A DNA stretch of 64,000 nucleotides, taken from assembly GCA_964016885.1 (NCBI GenBank), contig OZ024760.1, positions 12,834,001 through 12,898,000 of the forward strand. Direction: 5' to 3'. The DNA comes from Eledone cirrhosa. Its lineage: Eukaryota. Shown here piece after piece: positions 59,235 to 64,000 of this stretch. How positions within the stretch are numbered: position 1 is the stretch's first letter; every line of letters begins with the position of its first letter. The position numbers and the translations under genes were made by a program. The notes beneath the pieces were generated by a model, which ran no database searches, was not told where the DNA came from, and saw only the letters and a list, made by a program, of their open reading frames with translations.

Positions 59235-59303
<69 letters not shown>

Positions 59304-59400
59304 GTATATATATATAAATGTATATATGTATATATATATATATATGAATGTATATATGTATACATATATATATGTATATATATATATATATATATAAATG

Positions 59401-59455
<55 letters not shown>

Positions 59456-59513
59456 ATATATATATATATATATATAAATATATATATACATATATAAATA
59501 TATATATATATAC
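58497..59513. repeat. (TA)n compound microsatellite with taaatgta anchors
   Basis: Direct reading. Confidence 0.95.
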
Positions 59514-59925
59514 ATCGATCAATCAAAAAGTTATTTGTCTCTAATATTAGACACTTCAATGAAAAGAAAAAATATCAATAGTGAAGATGGAGGCAGAGAG
59601 AGAAATATATATATACAAACAAACTGAACATTATAATAAATGTTCGGTAAACCCATACGTACATATATATATGTGTGTGTGCATGTATGTATGTATATAC
59701 ATACTACTGTACATCTGTATACATATATGTATGTACGTATACATACTTATATATATATACATATGTATATATACTATTCATTCTGTCATCACTACCTTAG
59801 AGATCCGACGAGCTTGTGATTCCAAAATCGGACTACATCGATACAGATCGAACATTGAGCTGATCAGTAGCGAGACGCTCGTCCCCAACCAATAAACGTA
59901 ATGAAGGAGTAACGATTCGTCCTTG

Positions 59926-59984
<59 letters not shown>

Positions 59985-60172
59985 ACGAAGGAAATGTGGT
60001 AAGGAACCAGGTGGACCATAACGCACCAAAGTACTCAATACTTAGGGTAGTAGAGTGGGTAATAGGAACGAGTAGGACCCCGACAGCTGATCTCAAGCCG
60101 TTTCGACGGCTAATGTCCAGAATTAGCCGTCGAAACGGCTTGAGCTCAGCCGTCGGGGTCCTACTCGTTCCT
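59985..60172 (-). mobile_element. Family A fold-back element
   Basis: Long antisense arm plus short sense arm; TA flanks. Confidence 0.9.
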
Positions 60173-60185
60173 ATATATATATATA

Positions 60186-60278
60186 AAATATTTGCTCTAC
60201 GGTTCTTATATATTTGATATATATTTATCCTTATCGAGCCCTCTTTGGATTTTAGTCTTCAAATTTATTATTATTACT
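60186..60278 (+). mobile_element. Family E tail fragment
   Basis: Near-identical to ~27098-27189. Confidence 0.8.
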
Positions 60279-60386
60279 ATATATATATATATATGTATAT
60301 AAAAGGTAAACAGAAATAACAACACAATCGGTACAGTATATAGAAGGGATATATTAGGTTAACGCTTGAAATAGAAGGAATAGGGT

Positions 60387-60420
60387 CTCAACGTTTCGGA
60401 CGCTAGTCATTCATCAGAAG
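60387..60420 (-). ncRNA. Minimal type I hammerhead (family P element, 60300-60520)
   Basis: Reverse complement reads CTT-CTGATGA-AtGAC-tagc-GTCc-GAAAC-GTT-GAG, followed by caagcgttaacctaata. Confidence 0.62.
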
Positions 60421-60523
60421 AATGAATGAGATATAAGATAGATTGAAGGGAAGGGCGGGGGTTGGAATTGGAAAAAATGTCTTTAGATAAAAATAACATG
60501 TCCATTCATGTTGACATCTCTTG

Positions 60524-60564
<41 letters not shown>

Positions 60565-60768
60565 GGTATATATTTTATCTTGTGATTCTATAGACATGTT
60601 TTATGATATATAGCTCTGATTATTTAATTTATTAATTTTTCATTGAGCCACAAAGTGACCCGTTGCAAAACACGTGTATATATATGTATATATGTAAACT
60701 TTTATATATATATATATATATATGTAAACTTTTATATATATATATAAATATATATATACATATATGTA

Positions 60769-61649
60769 TTAGTTATACTATTTATGGTTATGTAAACACA
60801 AAACCTTAAGCCGTTGTAAGTATTTTACACACACCCTAAATAGTGGTAGGCAGTAATGTGTTACTACCTTATTACCAGTAAGTTAAGTAGCTCAATGTAA
60901 AAACATCAGATGATTTACAGAGCAGTTATATGAAATATAAGAATCAAAGAACTGTTCAAAACATTATTGTGCTTACAGCTGTTTCCTCCAAACCGAGGTT
61001 TGGATTCTTCGGAGCAATTTATTAATGCATGGACAGTTATATGACCTCCTTTTCAGCCGAGAGACATACCAATACATATTCAAACATTGATACATATTCA
61101 AACATTGTGGGTCAACATTCATTACAAAATTTAGAGTGGCAGTACACACTTCGAGATTACATTTATATTAATAGGTACAATCAAAAATCAAAGATATAGG
61201 TTAAAGTACAACATGAAGATAAGTGGTTATATAGTGCAAATGTTATATGTGTGGCACGCATGTGCGTCTTGTTTATATAGTGTGGCAGAGAGATATGTGT
61301 GGTAGAGGCACTTAGGTAGGTAAATAAGAGTGTTAGGTTGGTAGATCTGGTGGCAAAGTCTTTATATGATTGATGTAGTCTGTGTGTGGAGAAATATTAT
61401 AAGTATTAAAGATAGTGCAAGCATTAAAAGTGTTATAATTATTGGAGATGCACAACGCAGGGATGTCAAGTAATTCATGTACTTCGGCATTTTCATGGTC
61501 AAGGGAGTGTATATCTCGGCTGAAAAGGAGGTCATATAACTGTCCATGCATTAATAAATTGCTCCGAAGAATCCAAACCTCGGTTTGGAGGAAACAGCTG
61601 TAAGCACAATAATGTTTTGAACAGTTCTTTGATTCTTATATTTCATATA
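60769..61649. mobile_element. Family J ~880-bp element: 136-bp inverted arms, ~450-bp spacer, one-sided tail, possible 16-bp TSD
   Basis: Arms 60927-61062 and 61514-61649; tatatacatatatgta at 60753-60768 and 61646-61661. Confidence 0.88.
61560..61606 (+). ncRNA. Type I hammerhead variant with CCGAAGA core (family J)
   Basis: TGCT-CCGAAGA-a-TCCAAACC-tc-GGTTTGGA-g-GAAAC-AGCT-GTA-AGCA; palindromic stem III ACAGCTGT; mirror copy at 60970-61016 on the minus strand. Confidence 0.72.
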
Positions 61650-61654
61650 TACAT

Positions 61655-62143
<489 letters not shown>

Positions 62144-62559
62144 TTTAACTATATATATTTAGATTTCCGGTAAAGTTAAAGTCAGTAAAAGCTACTCAAC
62201 AGAAGTTTCTCTGTCAACGAGACGCAGATGAGAATTAAACTGAGGAGAAACGATATTTGATTGGCTGATTGACTAATACTGACATTGCTATGGAAACCGA
62301 CTCTTTAGCTAATTAGCCGTACCGACCTTAAGCTTACCTTAATCCAAAGCTGTTAACACGCCGTCCCCAGAGGTTCCACGGTCGCCATTAACTAACTAAT
62401 CCTGTCCCCCCCCCCTCCCTCTCTCTTTCTACTTCTATTTCTATTTCTTACCCAATGGAATTAAAATGGACGATTAGTTGTGTTGTTGACAATCACATCG
62501 AGGTTATGATGGCGTATTGATAATACCCCAGTGAAGTGTGTTATGGTATCTGGTGGTTA

Positions 62560-63095
62560 GTGTGGTGGTGGTGGTGGCGGAGAGGGGAAGGTGGTGGTGG
62601 TGGAGAGGGGAAAGGTGGTGGTGGTGGAGAGGGGAAGGTGGTGGTGGTGGAGAGGGGAAGGTGGTGGTGGCGGAGAGGGGAAGGTGGTGGTGGCGGAGAG
62701 GGGAAGGTGGTGGTGGTGGTGGAGAGTAAGTTGTTGTTGTTGTTGGTATTTGTGGTGGTGTGGTGGTATTTGTCGTAGTGTCTCGTGGTGTTGGTGGAAA
62801 GTAAGTTGGTGGTGGTGGTGGTGGTGGTGTTTGGTGGTTGTAGTGGCGGTGGTGGTGGTGGTGGTGTTTGGTAGTTATTGTGGCAAGAGGTGGTGGCGGT
62901 GGTTGTGGTCGTTGTGGTGGTGGAGGTTTCGTTTGGTGGTGGTGGTGGTAATGGGGATGAAATAGGTGGAGGTAGCGATGGTTTGGTGGAGGCGGTGGTA
63001 ATAGAAATGAGGAAGGTGGTGGTGGCGGTGGTTTGGTGTTGGTGGCGGTAATGGAGAAGAGGAAGGTGTTGGTGGCGGTAATGGAGAAGATAGTG
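62560..63095. repeat. GGT-rich tract including a ~21-bp unit ggagaggggaaggtggtggtg
   Basis: Direct reading. Confidence 0.9.
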
Positions 63096-63219
63096 CTGAT
63101 GTAGATTTAATTATTTTTAGCTCCTATCTATTTTAAAACATTTCTGAACTATTGTAATCTGAAACATAGTCACGTGGTTTGTAGTTTTACTTTTGTCTCA
63201 CTCGCTTTGATCGATTCTA

Positions 63220-63330
63220 GGAGGCGAGTTGGCTTAGTTGTTAGGGTGTAGGATTAAACACCTGGCTATTTAAACCACCTCATTGCGTTCAAATCTCGCT
63301 GAGGTCAACTTTGCCTTTCATCATTTCCAG
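63220..63330 (+). mobile_element. tRNA-SINE head fragment
   Basis: tggcttagttg A-box, gttcaaatc B-box, gaggtcaactttgcctttcatc. Confidence 0.65.
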
Positions 63331-63458
63331 GTCCCTATTATACCTTCCGAGGCCTCTTTCTTCATTTTGAGGTCAAAAGAAAGAAAGGCAAAGTTAACCT
63401 CGGCGAGATTTGAACTCAGTACTATCAGTCCGAATTAGCTCTGACTGAAAAAAATAAT

Positions 63459-63642
63459 TGTTTCTACTTTAGGCACAAGGCCAGCAATTACCCAATGCAT
63501 TACTGGTACTTTATTTTATCGACCCCGTAAGGATGAAAGGCAAAGTCAACCTCGGCGGGATTTGAACTCAGATCATAAAGGGACGTAACTATGCTGGAAA
63601 GCATGGCGTTCGACCCTCTACCGATACTGCCAATCTACCGCC
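63459..63642 (-). mobile_element. Full tRNA-derived SINE with 18-bp target-site duplication
   Basis: TSD ctgactgaaaaaaataat at 63441-63458 and 63643-63660; A-box tggcagtatcgg and B-box gagttcaaatcc on the minus strand. Confidence 0.92.
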
Positions 63643-64000
63643 CTGACTGAAAAAAATAATGCAGCCCTATCAATCTAATCTAAAAGAACATTTACGTGTT
63701 CAATGGAACTGGTAGAAAACTTTCACTTCTGAAAAATCACACACTAAGATAAAAAAACAACAACAACTAAAAACTGGGATGCATTGCATAATGTAGTCAT
63801 GGCTTATTATCTATATCTTAACAGATACAGCGGAATGGTCGCGGAAGGAACGTCTACCTTAATATTTCTGCTTAATCAGATACGACTTGGTGTTAAATTT
63901 TAACAAGATAAGAAATCTGTTAATTTCAAAATTTATAATATAATATAGTATAATATAAATAATATAAATATAAATACACACACACACACACACATATATA

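Overview
This is AT-rich, microsatellite-saturated animal DNA. The repeat types suggest an octopus/coleoid cephalopod genome, which is an inference. It has one 200-N gap and no confidently identifiable host gene; almost all ORF-track entries are translations of (TA)n, (CA)n and (GA)n runs. Recognisable retroelements are the 5' half of a decayed L1/Tx1-type LINE (gag-like ORF1 plus APE endonuclease), two Tx1-like 3' ends in (GATA)n, a CRE-like restriction-type endonuclease fragment, RTE fragments and tRNA-derived SINEs. There are also several minisatellites. The main signal is at least 7 unrelated families of short non-coding elements sitting in (TA)n tracts. Most are asymmetric fold-backs (short arm plus long arm with a tail), and most carry a type I hammerhead-ribozyme fold, including CCGAAGA and CAGAAGA core variants. 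Five fold-back families share a co-varying RCTC...GAGY tail hairpin. This fits a diverse community of TA-targeting, Penelope-like (pLTR/hammerhead) non-autonomous retroelements. All folds were read by eye and none was computed or tested.
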